Assembly: GCA_964016885.1 (NCBI GenBank)
Contig: OZ024742.1
Coordinates: 229,214,001-229,278,000, forward strand
DNA from: Eledone cirrhosa
Taxonomy: Eukaryota
DNA length: 64,000 bases
Reading direction: 5' to 3'
Positions 25,653 to 38,399 of the stretch are shown here, one piece after another. The position numbers and the translations under genes are program-made. The notes beneath the pieces were generated by a model. That model searched no databases. It saw only the letters and a program-made list of their open reading frames with translations, and had not been told where the DNA came from. Each line of letters starts with the position of its first letter. The stretch's first letter is position 1.

Positions 25653-26862
25653 AAACAAAAAAAAATGAAACGAAATTTCATTTCCCACTCTTAGTACGGC
25701 TGTTACTTAAATATAAGTATGTATACGTACATACATATATGTATACAGACGTATAGTAGTATGTATATATATATACATACATGCACACATATATATATGT
25801 ACGTATGAATTCACCGAACATTTATTATAATGCTCGGTGTATTTGTAAACATACATACCTGTATTAAGCCGTAGTGTCTAGCAACCATCGTTGCTCGTTT
25901 GTTCAACACTGACAAAGGAACGCTGAACTAGTTTCAAGCTTATTAGCTATCGTCAGCAACGTATACCTTCCTGCCAAATGATTGAACGTCTGAAAGTATA
26001 TACTTTCCTTATGTATATTAACAGCTGAGTAGCCCAATTTGCATATCGAGTGGGTTAATCGGCCGGGTGCACCGAAAACGATAAACGGATAAAATGAAAC
26101 GAAATTTCATTTCCCACTCTTAGAACGGCTGTTACTTAAATATAAGTATGTATACGTACATACATATATGTATACAGACGTACAGTAGTATTTATATATA
26201 TATACATACATGCACACATATATATATGTACGTATGGATTCACCGAACATTTATTATAATGCTCGGTGTATTTGTAAACATACATCCCTGTATTAAGCCG
26301 TAGTGTCTAGCAACCATCGTTGCTCGTTTGTTCAACACTGACAAAGGAACACTGTACTAGTTTCAAGCTTATTAGTTATCGTCAGCCACGCATACCTTCC
26401 TGCCAGATGATTGAACGCCTGAAAGTATATACTTTCCTATGCATATTAACGGCTGAGCAGCCTAATTTGAATTTTCGTTTCATACTCTCCGTTTATCGTT
26501 TTCGGTGCACCCGGCCGATTAACCCACTCGATATGCAAATTGGGCTACTCAGCCGTTAATATGCACAAGGAAAGTATATACTTTCAGACGTTCAATCATC
26601 TGGCAGGAAGGTATACGTTGCTGACGATAGCTAATAAGCTTGAAACTAGTACAGCGTTCCTTTGTCAGTGTTGAACAAACGAGCAACGATGGTTGCTAGA
26701 CACTACGGCTTAATACGGGATGTTTGTTTACAAACACACCGAGAATTATAATAAATGTTCGTTGAATCCATACGTACATATATATATATATGTGCATGTA
26801 TGTATATATATATATACATACTACTGTACGTCTGTATACATATATGTATGTACGTATACATA

Positions 26863-26868
<6 letters not shown>
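25653..26868. mobile_element. Family D: ~429-bp HHR tandem repeat (~1.9 units on the minus strand) plus an inverted unit on the plus strand
   Basis: AATGAAACGAAATTTCAT repeats with a 429-bp period. Inversion junction at ~26465-26490. HHRs at 25921-25961 (-), 26350-26390 (-) and 26616-26656 (+). (TA)n flanks. Confidence 0.9.
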
Positions 26869-26920
<52 letters not shown>

Positions 26921-26921
<1 letters not shown>

Positions 26922-27120
26922 GGGAAAAGAGTCAGGACCCGCCGAATGAGTTCCTGCCGTTTCGACAGCTATATCCGAACTGAGTTCGAGTTCGGATCGA
27001 GCTGTCGAAACGGCAGGAACTCAGTCGGCGGGTCCTGACTCTTTTCCTATTACCCACTTTACTACCCTAAGTATCGAGTACTCTGGTGCGTTATGGTCAC
27101 CTAGTTTCTTACCACACTTC
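26921..27120 (+). mobile_element. Fold-back family A, divergent copy 3
   Basis: GGAAAAGAGTCAGGACCCGCCGA..TCGGCGGGTCCTGACTCTTTTCC palindrome followed by the family tail TACCCAC..CCCTAAGTATCGAGTACTCTGGTGCG. Confidence 0.8.
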
Positions 27121-27205
27121 TTTTTTATATATACACACACACATATATATATATTTCTATCTATCAATTATCTATCTATAATCTATCTATCTATTATCCA
27201 TTTAC

Positions 27206-27278
<73 letters not shown>

Positions 27279-27457
27279 GCCTGACGCGTGGAACATGGCT
27301 GGTAAGCTTTTTTGTAAATTTCTATACAAAAAACTGAACTAATTGTTTGAGAAACTGAATTGTCAGCTGGGTGGTAATCCCATTTTCCGCCCCTAAAGTG
27401 GCGAAAATTTAATTTAAAAATTGTTTAAAAAAAATAAAATTTTGCCGACTATAAAAA

Positions 27458-28520
27458 ATGAGTGACTTGGAAAGAACGCCGAAGAATGTTAACAGAGAGG
27501 AGAGAGGTAGAAAGGCATATATTAACGTCATATCTGCTACTGGAACTATGGACGTCGTCATGGATACGACTGTCAACAAAGAAAAAATATTGCCACTTGA
27601 ACATTTTCAAATTTCTACCGTGGAAGCAGAGAAAAATAACACACAACATACACAGAAAAACACAGAAAACACAGACATTAAACCTATTCATATACATACA
27701 CATGAAAAAGCCAACAACGACAACCCCATGGATACATGTATAGATAAAGTTTCACCGCGTCAAGAAATTGCGATTTCTAACACCGAGGCTGACAATGACA
27801 ACAACAACAACACCGCAAAAAATGTATTTCTCTGAAACAGTGAACAAGAAACAAGATTTTATAAATCTTGACATCTCTAATGCAAGGGATATGCTCCAGC
27901 AAGAGAGAAAATTTGTAACTTTCGAAGACAAGGGTGGGTTTATAAATCAACTCACCCCTCGAAATAAAAGAAGAGACGGTTCGAAGCACAGTGACCTTCA
28001 GGACTGTCTCAAACATCACAACGAGAACGCCAGTATTTGTGAGTCAAGGAGACATAGAAGCGACCTTGAAGGAGACTCTAGAAAATATTGACTTTCTTCA
28101 ACGAGGAAGACAGTACGGAAGTATTTCCGTACATTTTAAAAGCGAGGCACTCGACCCAAAACATTCTATGACACCAAAGGTGTCAAAAGCATTCACCTTT
28201 TCCCTACGTACATGGGAAAAAGGACACAAAAAATCAAAATCAAAAATATACCACCAAACATTAACATCTGGTGGATCTTGGCTGGCTTCGTTGAGTCAGA
28301 GACTGATGCTATTCTTTCGGTCCGGAAGTCTATTAGACAAAGGTGGGCGGGTACTGATTTTGGGATTCTGATGCAGATGAGGCCGGAGAGAATCTCCAGA
28401 ATACCCGAAAAAGTCGTCATCGACGACAACAACAAAATAAACACTTCGGTGGAAGGGCGTAAACCTCATTGCTTTCGCTGTGGTCCACAGCACACCTAAA
28501 GGCCTCCTGTCCTTCACAAA
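27458..28520 (+). pseudogene. Tx1-like ORF1 (gag-like, CCHC zinc knuckle), frameshifted
   Basis: KIKIKNIPPNI..VEGRKPHCFRCGPQ/HLKASCP, i.e. CX2CX4HX4C across a frameshift at ~28495. Confidence 0.7.
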
Positions 28521-29379
28521 TACACCACAACTACATCATTTACAAAAACACTATTACCAACACCAACACCAAAATAACCACCACCACAAGTACAACAACA
28601 GACGAAACGAGCAAACACACCAAAACAAACAGACACTCAACCAACAACAACAGAAAAAATACAGACAACACCTCTGAAGAACACAACCACACCCCATCCT
28701 ACTCCATCAAACATTACCACAAACGCACACACCGAAACACCGTCACCACACAACATTCCCCTACCCCACACTCCTGACGATGACCATTCATCGACGGATG
28801 AGGCTGCTCCTCCTTCTTTAAGTGAAGAAGAGCCTCGGAAATAAAAAAAACAAAAAAAAGAGACACCACTAAAACCCACAAAACTCCAATAACCAGCACC
28901 AACACACAACCACAGACACAAACAACAACAAAAACAATACTACAACCAAAGCTCCCCTACCAACAAAACAAACACCAACACCACCCCAAACGCAAAAAAA
29001 TAAAACTCACAGACGAACAACAAACTAAAACAACACAACCAAAACAAAAACAACAATATACATACATCAACACCAACAATAACAATTTAATGGAGATTAT
29101 CTCCCAGGACCCCAAAGTGGAAAGTGAGGGGAAAACATTTGTAAAATGTGACACTGCACTACACCTTAAATTAATAAGGATTCCGGTAGAAACCTACGAC
29201 AAACTAAAGAACCAATTTTCACAGGACGTTGGCAAGCCATGCCAAAAACCAATAAACCGTGTCATGTTGAAATGTTTCTCCCCCACACTCAACACCCCCA
29301 CCAAAACTGAAATGGAGATCGAACAACCCGATCTCCAGGAAACGGTAAGGTAAGTGCATCCTTTCGTCCTTGTTTTGCC

Positions 29380-32300
29380 AACTCTTTTACATCAACGAGT
29401 TGGAAGAGTGAATGTGCGTGGCCTAGGGATGCCCTGGAAACAGGGCAAACTCTTAAAGGACCTTAGGTCACACGATATAGATGTGATAGCCATCACCGAG
29501 TTCAGGCTCCACAACTGTTAGCAGCTGACCCCCATCTTCGACAACTTTGAGATCTACGAATCTCTCTGTCAGCCAGGAGGTGGAGGAGGAGGAGCTGTCA
29601 TGTTTCGGAAAAACCTGGACATCGAAATACAGCAAGTATATTTGGACCCGGAGGGTCGACTGGTAGTCCTAGACGTGAACAGTGTTGGAGGTGGAGCCTT
29701 CAGACTGGTGGCCGTTTATGCCCCGACAGGGCAATCGCGGCCAGACTTCTTCAAGCGTCTAGAGTCTTTTCTGGGAACGCTCGCTCCTTGCTTTTAGTGG
29801 GTGACTGGAATGGTATCCTAGATGCACGATGGGACTATGTAGATCATGTCCCAGTAGAGCGGGGTGCAACATCTTCAAAACTTTCATCGGCCAATTCCAA
29901 CTGGCCTATAGGTATCGACTGGATTTCCCGACTGCACCACAGTGGACATGGGCAAACAGTAGCGGGACATCTAGATCGTATTTACATAGGTTCTTCATAA
30001 GAGAAAGAGACAAGGCAATGTTAAGCTGTCGATGAATGCACATGGTTGCCTATTCAGATCACAAATTAGTCGTCTGCATAGTAAACCATGATAGTACACA
30101 TAGACAGAGACCCGGATACTGGAAGCTGAACGTGTTGTTGCCGGCACGTAAAGCTTACAGTGAACGGATAAGTAGACTAGTCAAGAAACAGTTGACGGGA
30201 GCCATCGCCAACAATAGATGGTGGTACTCTCTCAAGAAAGCAATTAGAGTAGAATCGATAGGGTTTAGCAGAGTTAGCCTTAGAAGAAAACAAAATAGAA
30301 AGAGAACTAGTAGCCAAGGTAGAGGAGGCACTTAGAAGTGTCAACGCGGCTAGAGTGTTATCGTCGAGAACGGCACTGGACCAGTTCTTCGACGCGAAAC
30401 GCGAAGTCTGCGCGGGCAGAAGCAAAACATGTGCTCTAGGAAACGAAGGAGCGAAAGCTGTCAGCTGTGCCCGAGTGGTGGAGGGAAAAAATGGCAACAA
30501 GTCCAAGATTCGGTCTTTGAATGACCAAAACGGACGCGTGTTACTTGACCCCAAGCACATGTGCGCGGCCTTTCAGCAGCACTTTGCGCGACTGTTTAAG
30601 CAGAACGACGCTGAGCCGAACGGGGCAATGGACTTTAATTCATACCTCAACGGCCTACCGCATCTCTCGAACACAGACGCCGAGTTCTGCGAAAGACCGA
30701 TCACGGACACTAAGGCCGCTGCGGGAAACGCAAGTCACCCGGTCTAGATGGTCTACCCTATGTGTTTTACATAATCATGCCGGTCTTGTTCTCTGTCGCC
30801 CTCGAAGCCGTCTACTGCAATTGGCAGCAGAACGGAAGAATTCCCAGTTCTGCAGGCAAGGGCGTAGCAACGCTGATCAAGAAAGACGAGAACAAGGGGG
30901 ACGAAATTAACAACTTCAAGCCCATAACTCTGCTCAACACAGAGTTAAAGATTTTGGCCACGGGGCTAGCGACGAGGTTGGCGCTTGTTGTCGAGAACCT
31001 GGTAGGGAAAGCGCAAACGTGTGCAATCCCGACTAAGTCCATACACGACAACCACCACCTCATGCGATGCATCATAGAGAGGGTGGGTAGTAAACCCGGC
31101 TTCGGTGGGGCCCTGATCAACTTGGATCAGTCTAAGGCATTCGATAGGGTCGACCATCGATACTTGGAAGCGGTTCTCAAGGCGGCCGGTTTCGGTCCCG
31201 TGTTCAGAGGATGGATCGAGGCGATGCACACCAGCATCTGCTCGAGGGTCAAGGTGAACGGCTACCTATCGGAGCCGTTCGCAATCACTCGTTCCATTCG
31301 ACAGGGGTGCCCTCTCTCCTCAATTCTGTATGTATTTACTCTAGAGCCACTACTACTGAAATTGGAGCTGTTGCAGGGCATGCCTCTAGAACCGAGACTG
31401 CGCAAAGCGGTGTAGACTTATGCCGACGACGTGACGGTAATGGTGTCGAGCACCTCGGAAATTGGGGTGATCGGCAAAAATACTAAAGAATACGAAACGC
31501 TGAGGGGAGCAAAACTAAACTCGGACAAGTCTGTCGGTTTGCATTTCCGTACGTGGAGAGGCAAACCAATGACGTCCGACAGCATCGTTGGATGCTGGAC
31601 GGACGGACCGATGAAATTGCTCGGGGTCTGGTTCGGTCTAGACCTCCAGGTGGAGAAAAACTGGAACGAGTTCACAGCCAAGGTGTTTGCGCTCACCCAC
31701 AAGTGGGCAGAGTGAAAACTGTCCTTGAAATGTCGAGCGGAGGTGGCTAACGCTTTCATAGCGTCCGTCATCTACTACCGCTTGACTGTCGTGCCTTGTC
31801 CCCGTGAAAACCTCGCCAAGATGGAACGCATGCTCTTCCAGTTTCTGTGGAAGAAGCAGGCTCCGCTGGTGAGGAGATCCGTCTGCTGTCAGCACCCTTC
31901 CAACGGAGGGCTGGGAATGCCGTGGCTGATGATGCGCATCTCCAGGTATTCCTCACCGACCCCCAAACGATGTGGGCACCGTTTGTGAGACAGGCTTTCC
32001 CGCAACTTGTTTCGCTGACGGAGCTGCAGTCCTGGGTCAAGAAAAGACCGAAAACTATGGGCGCCTGGCACATTGAATGCGCTCAGGCGCTCACAGTCCT
32101 CTGGCAAGCGAGCACAACAATCAGTGGAGACTCCACTTCGACATTCTATAGAGGGATTCTACGTTACAAGGGCGACGACGTTCTCAGAGAGACTCTGGGC
32201 GTCGAAGATGATGAGCTCACCAGTCTGTTTGGTAGGACTTTCCGCCCGTGACCTATGGACAACTTCAGTGCTACAACAACAGTGCTACCGAGGAGCTCTA

Positions 32301-32680
32301 CCAGTTCGTGACAAGATCTACAAGCACGGACGCCCCGGCAGGGATCCTTCCAAGAAGACGTGTCCAAGATGCGCGCAGGGCATTGAAACCGTCCTGCACG
32401 CAATTGTACACTGCCCGGACGTAACCGACCAGTGGAACTACGCGGAACAATTGCTGTCGCGTATTGGATAAATGCAGTTGTCTGTAAGGATCAAACCGCC
32501 AACTTTTTGAAAAACGAAAGAGAGGCGGTTTTCCTCTGTATAGTGGCTATGGTTAAAGAGGTTATATGGTGGACGAGATTGAGAGGACAACAACTCATTC
32601 CCTTCTTTAGATACCACTTTAGAAGGAGAATCAGAGGGGAGAGAGAGGCACTGCACCCCAGTAAATTTACTGAAAGGTGA
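29380..32680 (+). pseudogene. Tx1-like ORF2: APE endonuclease, reverse transcriptase and zf-RVT-like domain; frameshifted
   Basis: DPEGRLVVLD..AVYAP; VGDWNG; SDHKLV..PGYWKLN; FKPITLLNTELKILA; LDQSKAFDRVDH; SIRQGCPLS; YADDVT; GGLGMP; CPRC..ETVLHAIVHC. Confidence 0.9.
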
Positions 32681-33036
32681 GAGAATATGGCAAAATTGGC
32701 CCGAGTTATTGGGCCTTCTCTGTATATAAACCTGTAGCTTGACGAAGAGAGCAAAAGAAAGAAAGGAGCACTTGCACAACATGCTCCTGGAGTTGGGGTG
32801 GGGATGGGGGTGGGTGTTCTATCAACGGGGTATTAAACAACCCTATTGGGGATTTCGGTTGTTATAATTATTTGTTTTATATTTTTTTACACGATTGTAT
32901 GTAAAATCCCCTGCATGACTTTGTTTTGTCCCCTTTTCTTGTGCGCCCTTGTGGCTAATAAAGAAATATATCTATCTATCTATCCAACTACCTACCTATC
33001 TATCTATCATTCTATCTATCTAACACCTTTCTCTCT

Positions 33037-33515
33037 GGACAACAACTCATCCCCTTCTTTAATTACCACTTCAGAAGGAAGGTGAGAGTGGAGAGAGAGG
33101 TGCTACACTCCAGTAAATTTACTGAAAGTAAATTTAATGTGGCGAAAATGGCCCGAGTGAATGGGCCTTCTCTGTATATAAACCTGTAGGTTGAGGAAGA
33201 CAAACAGAGGGAAGACGGGAACACCTATAAAACCTGTTCCTGGTGTTGAGGGTTGTTTTATCCACAACCCCGCAATAATGTTCCCCCCCCCCTACTGTTA
33301 AAGATTTTAATGAAACCCTCGCCGTCACGTCTTCTAATGTCCTATTTGTGTACGCCTTTGTGCCAAATAAAGAAATCTATCTATCTATCTATCTATTTAT
33401 CATCGACTAACTTTTAAATTCCATCTGTGATAACATTTTACACGTTTTTATTGTATGTAAACTTCCCCCTTTGTATTTGTCCCCTTCTTTTGTGCCCCTG
33501 TGGCTAATAAAGAAA
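33037..33515 (+). mobile_element. Two further 3'-end fragments of the same Tx1 family (33037-33375 and ~33430-33515)
   Basis: GGACAACAACTCAT.CCCTTCTTT repeats ~32585. Each fragment ends in GTG.C.AATAAAGAAA followed by (TCTA)n. Confidence 0.8.
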
Positions 33516-34535
33516 TATATCTATTTATCATCTATCATCTATCTATCCATCTACTTTTCACTGTATGTACTTTACCATGTATTTTGCACTGTATGTACTT
33601 TATTCACCCTGTATCATGCGCTCTCGTATAACAAAACTCTTTACTATCTATCCTTTTATCCGTAACTCAAACATTTCTTTCCATTTCCACATTACTCAGT
33701 GCAGAAATTTGTTTAAAAGCAAAGTTTAAAAAAAAAATGTAAGACAATTAGCTGAAGCTGTGAGAAACATTTGTCTTCCCGCAACAATTACCTTACATAC
33801 AGTTCGATATTTTTTGACAATTCAACTCCCGTTTTTTAACGTCTGCTCTACTTTGCACTTCGTAACAACAAACGATACCACTAAATAAAAAAAAATGGCT
33901 TCTCTCTGTCCTGTATTCCAGGATATTTTAAAAATGGATTACATCTTTCCATTGTTAAACATTTATTTGTTGAAACATATAATAGTACAATTTTATACAT
34001 TTCCTATACATTTTATCCAATTTTATATAATTCTTATACATAACTTTTACATTTTCATACAATCTTTATACATTCTATTGTATATTTTATATCAATTTTT
34101 AAGCATTTGTATATTTTTGTGGGCATATTTTTATTTTCATGTAATTATTATTTATATTTTATTTCTCTTATATTAACTCTTCTCGATATATTTCTAGTAT
34201 TTTTTTTAGAATTTATTTCACAAATATATCTATTTAAAAATTTTTTCCGATTGCTAACGTCAACGTTTCTTCTTGACAAAACTGAATCCTTCTCAAATTA
34301 GAATATAATACAAGACAATTCTAATGACTGACAATTAGTAACTTTGTCGCACGTAGACAAAAAAGGGGTAAAAACAAACAACAAACGTCAACTTAGAATC
34401 GAGTTTCTTTGTAGGTGCTTGAATAAATAATTACAGTTATGTATACTGTCCGTTTGAACATACACACACACATACATACGTAGTATCTATCTATATATCG
34501 CTATATGTTCCTTCATATATACTTGTCAATATAAG

Positions 34536-34566
<31 letters not shown>

Positions 34567-34593
34567 TGTATATATATAAATGTATATATATAA

Positions 34594-34636
<43 letters not shown>

Positions 34637-34654
34637 CTTAAGTATATATATGTT

Positions 34655-34804
<150 letters not shown>

Positions 34805-34908
34805 AGCGTCTGTGCGCGTGGTTCTGTTTGTGAGTGTGTGTGTGTGTGAGAGAACCTAATAAGTCTGTGGTTTTGTATCTCTGTATTTGTCTTATTTATT
34901 CTTGAAAG

Positions 34909-34953
<45 letters not shown>

Positions 34954-35006
34954 AAACTTGGATGGGAACAAAAACAGAGAGGCAGTACAAAGAAAGGTTT
35001 ATACAT

Positions 35007-35076
<70 letters not shown>

Positions 35077-35529
35077 GGGTGCGCAGGAGAGTGTGTGTGT
35101 TGGTGTATATAGATGCATATATATGTATTTTAAATAGGATGTAATTATGGTAGAACACAGCAATATTGGATGGTTTCGAATTAGAAGCCTTGTTGTGTTA
35201 ACACTTTGTGTTATTTCCTCTATTCACAGAAATACACGAGATATTACATTTATGCATTTTGCGGATTATAGTTTCCTCATCAGATGATAACCCCCACCTC
35301 TGCTTTGTTTAATAGTAAATCGGTTTAAAGCATCGCTATATATATATCAATCAGTTTGTAGAATGTAGTTGAAATGATCCCTCAAATTTGTATGACGTGC
35401 ATTCGGTTGATACCATAATCTCCCCCCACACATATACGTATGTATGTATGTATGTATGTATGTATGTATGTATGTATGTATGTATGTATGTATGTATGTA
35501 TGTGCCATTATGTATGTATGTATGTATGT

Positions 35530-35815
35530 CAGGTCACCAGTTAGTGCTACTGGTAACATGTATCCCAGTACAACCTGTCTCGTGGTCGGGTCGTTGGCGA
35601 CTAAACTGGCAACCCCACCAAGGTTTCTTGGTGAGGAGGGTGACTTTGGACATCCTGCAGGACTAAAAACAAAACCTGTCAAAGGGCAAAGGAGCTCTTA
35701 AGAGTCAATGGCCATCCAAAATCACCGGGAGAGATGACCCCTTAGCCTTTGTCAAGGCAGAATTCTAGGAGAAGGAAAACTCTGATATAACACCTGCAAC
35801 CCTGATGGTATCCAA
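35530..35815 (+). mobile_element. RTE-type LINE 5' UTR-like fragment
   Basis: CTAGGAGAAGGAAAACTCTGA and GGCGACTAAACTGGCAACCCC resemble RTE 5' UTR motifs (from recall). Confidence 0.4.
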
Positions 35816-36210
35816 TGATGTTGAATTGTTCTTCTTTTTGGTAAATATCATCTTGGTTAAGAGAGTGGGACTGGCTTTGTGCAATGCCTTTGCTCACTAT
35901 AAAAGCTTCACGGCACAGGCATTGCTTTGTATCTGGAGATCTCTCTGCACTTGTCGTCACATGGTACCATGGGCCCAGCACTATGTGTCAATAATTGTCA
36001 CAAGTGTAGTGTTTGTACCAGAGTTTTCAAGTCGCTGGCTGGACTAAAAAGTCACACTCGTTCAGCGCATCGGTAGGGGTTCTCCTACATGGATATAAAG
36101 TAGTGGCCGTACTCGAAAAAGAGTTGGCAGCCACCATGTATGTATGTATGTATGTATGTATGTATGTATGTATGTATGTATGTATGTATGTATGTATGTA
36201 TGCATGTATG

Positions 36211-36733
36211 TTCTTCTGGTTTTATAATTTCACAAATTTTTACCAATAGAGGGAGAGTCGGTTTCTAACATTGTTACAATACTCTCTCATTGGAATTTAC
36301 ACAATATCAACTAGGTAGATATGTATGCAGGTCTGCATGCATGTGTAGATATGGATGTTATTGTATGTGTGGATGTGTATGTTTTGAGTTGTATGTGTGC
36401 ATGTGTATATGCTTTGTATCTGTACATGTGCATATGCAGTTATTAGATGCAATATTTTTGGAATGTTTTACATATTTTTACTGTTCCATTAATGGATTGT
36501 ACTTGTAGTTTCCTAACTTGTTGTGTTCTTTCTGTTCCTGTGAAGCCTAGCTTCTCAAGATTTGTATTGAGGCAGTTACTAACATATCCCAGTGCCTCAA
36601 TAATCACAGGCATAAATCTGAAGGTGTAATCAGGGTGGAGTATCTGCAGATTTCTCATCAGTTCTGCATAGATATTCTCCTTTTCACTAATCTTTGATAT
36701 TATATTGGCATCTGCTGAGCAGCTAATTTTCAT
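36211..36733 (-). mobile_element. R4/Dong-like RLE non-LTR element, 3' fragment, in (TATG)n
   Basis: SCSAD.N...KISEKENIY.EL.RNLQ..P.Y...MPVIIEALGY..GTVKICKTF. The 3' UTR is shared with 37859-38126. Confidence 0.8.
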
Positions 36734-36915
36734 ATATGTATGCATGTATGTATGTATGTATGTATGTATGTATGTATGTATGTATGTATGTATGTATGTA
36801 TGTTTCTATGTATGTATGTTTGTATGTTTGCATGTTTTCGCTTTCTCTTAATTTCGAGTATATTTTTTTGACCGGCCACCTTCCTGGTGGCAAGGTTGTA
36901 AAAGAAAAGAAATTG

Positions 36916-37719
36916 TCATCCCTTGAATCGCAAGAATGTTTTGCAAATTTTGAAGGTGCCAGCTATCGCAGTCATTTGCAGACTATGAATTAGGGAGCTG
37001 CGCTTTTTGTCCGCAAATCCAAGTTCAGTCATACTTTGGTCCAAGCGGGTTGGTATATAACCCGTAGCACCAATAATGATGGGTATGAAGCTAAAAGTGT
37101 ATCTTGGATACTGGATTTGTAAACTCCTCATCAATGGTCCGTAGATGTCCTCCTTCTCCTGTATTTTTCTGACAACGTTTACATCAAGTGGGCAGCTGAT
37201 CTCCACAACAGAACACGTTTTCAATGTGTGGTCCCAAACTACAATATCAGGCCGGTTGTGCTTTAATTTGGTGGCAGTTTTTATTTTCAGGTTCCACCAG
37301 TATTCCTTAGTGCCATCTGTCTCTATATATTCTTCCTCGTTTGTTGTTAATTTTGTTTTCCGAAGTGCGTTCCAGATGGTTCTAGCTATCCCATCGTGTC
37401 TCATGGGGAGGTAGTAGCGAGATGACATTCTTTCGCAGCTGGCAACAATGTGGCTTACATCCTCGATCTTTGTTTTACATAGCCTACATTTATTGTCAGC
37501 TGCTGGCCCTCCTCTTTTGTGCAGCAGATATTTGGTAGGGAGTTCTTGTTCCTGTATTGCATAGAGATATCCCTCAAGGTGTGATGTCATAAACTTGTCG
37601 GAACTCCATGCCAGGCTTTTTGAGTGGTTTATCCCCTCTATGGTCTGTGTTTTACGCCTCAAGTATCCATGCACAACTTTTTCTGTAAATTGGTCAATTT
37701 TCTTATCTTGTTTGAACAT
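36916..37719 (-). CDS. R4/Dong-like non-LTR C-terminus: CCHC zinc finger + PD-(D/E)xK restriction-like endonuclease (5'-truncated, open frame)
   Basis: AIQEQELPTK; CRLC...EDVSHIVASC; RHD; HNRPDIVVWD..VVEISCP.D.N...EK..Y; IPIIIGATG. Confidence 0.88.
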   Translation of the reverse strand: MFKQDKKIDQFTEKVVHGYLRRKTQTIEGINHSKSLAWSSDKFMTSHLEGYLYAIQEQELPTKYLLHKRGGPAADNKCRLCKTKIEDVSHIVASCERMSSRYYLPMRHDGIARTIWNALRKTKLTTNEEEYIETDGTKEYWWNLKIKTATKLKHNRPDIVVWDHTLKTCSVVEISCPLDVNVVRKIQEKEDIYGPLMRSLQIQYPRYTFSFIPIIIGATGYIPTRLDQSMTELGFADKKRSSLIHSLQMTAIAGTFKICKTFLRFKG

Positions 37720-37858
37720 TGAATAGGATCTTCCGATTTCTATGGGTATGTATGTTTGTATGTATGTATGTTTGTTTGTATGTATGTATGTATGTATGCA
37801 TGTTTGTATCTATGTATGTATGTTTGTATGTATGTATGTTTGTATGTATGTATGTATG

Positions 37859-38126
37859 TTCGTCTGGTTTTATAATTTCACAAATTTTTGCCAATAGAGG
37901 GAGAGTCGGTTCCTAACATTGTTACAAGACTCTCACATTGGAATTTACACAACATCAACTAGGTAGATATGTATGCAGGTCTGCATGCATGTGTATGTGC
38001 AGGTATGAATGTTATTGTATGTGCGGATGTGGATGTTTCGAGTTGTATGTGTGCATGTGCATATGCTTTGTATCTGTACAAGTGTATATGCAGTTATTAG
38101 ATGCAGAATTTTTGGAATGTTTTACA
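37859..38126 (-). mobile_element. R4-like element 3' UTR fragment
   Basis: Near-duplicate of 36211-36472, bounded by (TATG)n. Confidence 0.75.
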
Positions 38127-38399
38127 TGTATGTATGCATGTATGTATTCTTCTTCTTTTCGAGTTATAGCTACAGTCACTCAGAGAGTGGGATTGGCTCA
38201 GTGCACAGTCTTTCCTTACTTTAAAGAATATCTTCACGCACAGGCATTGCACGATAGAATTAATTATATATGTTATATCGTGCAATGGCTATACCCGATA
38301 ACGAGGGGGCAGCCATTATGTATGTATGTATGTATGTATGTATGTATGTATGTATGTATGTATGTATGTATGTATGTATGTATGTATGTATGTATGTAC

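Larger units (their letters stand above)
27280..32966 (+). mobile_element. Near full-length Tx1/L1-clade non-LTR retrotransposon (inactivated) inserted in (CTAT)n
   Basis: ORF1 with a zinc knuckle; ORF2 with APE, RT and a C-terminal Cys/His motif; AATAAA at 32957; (CTAT)n on both sides. Confidence 0.9.

Noticed and set aside
35170-35290. Minus-strand CTGATGA..GAAAC as a hammerhead
   Set aside because: No consistent stems I-III could be drawn.
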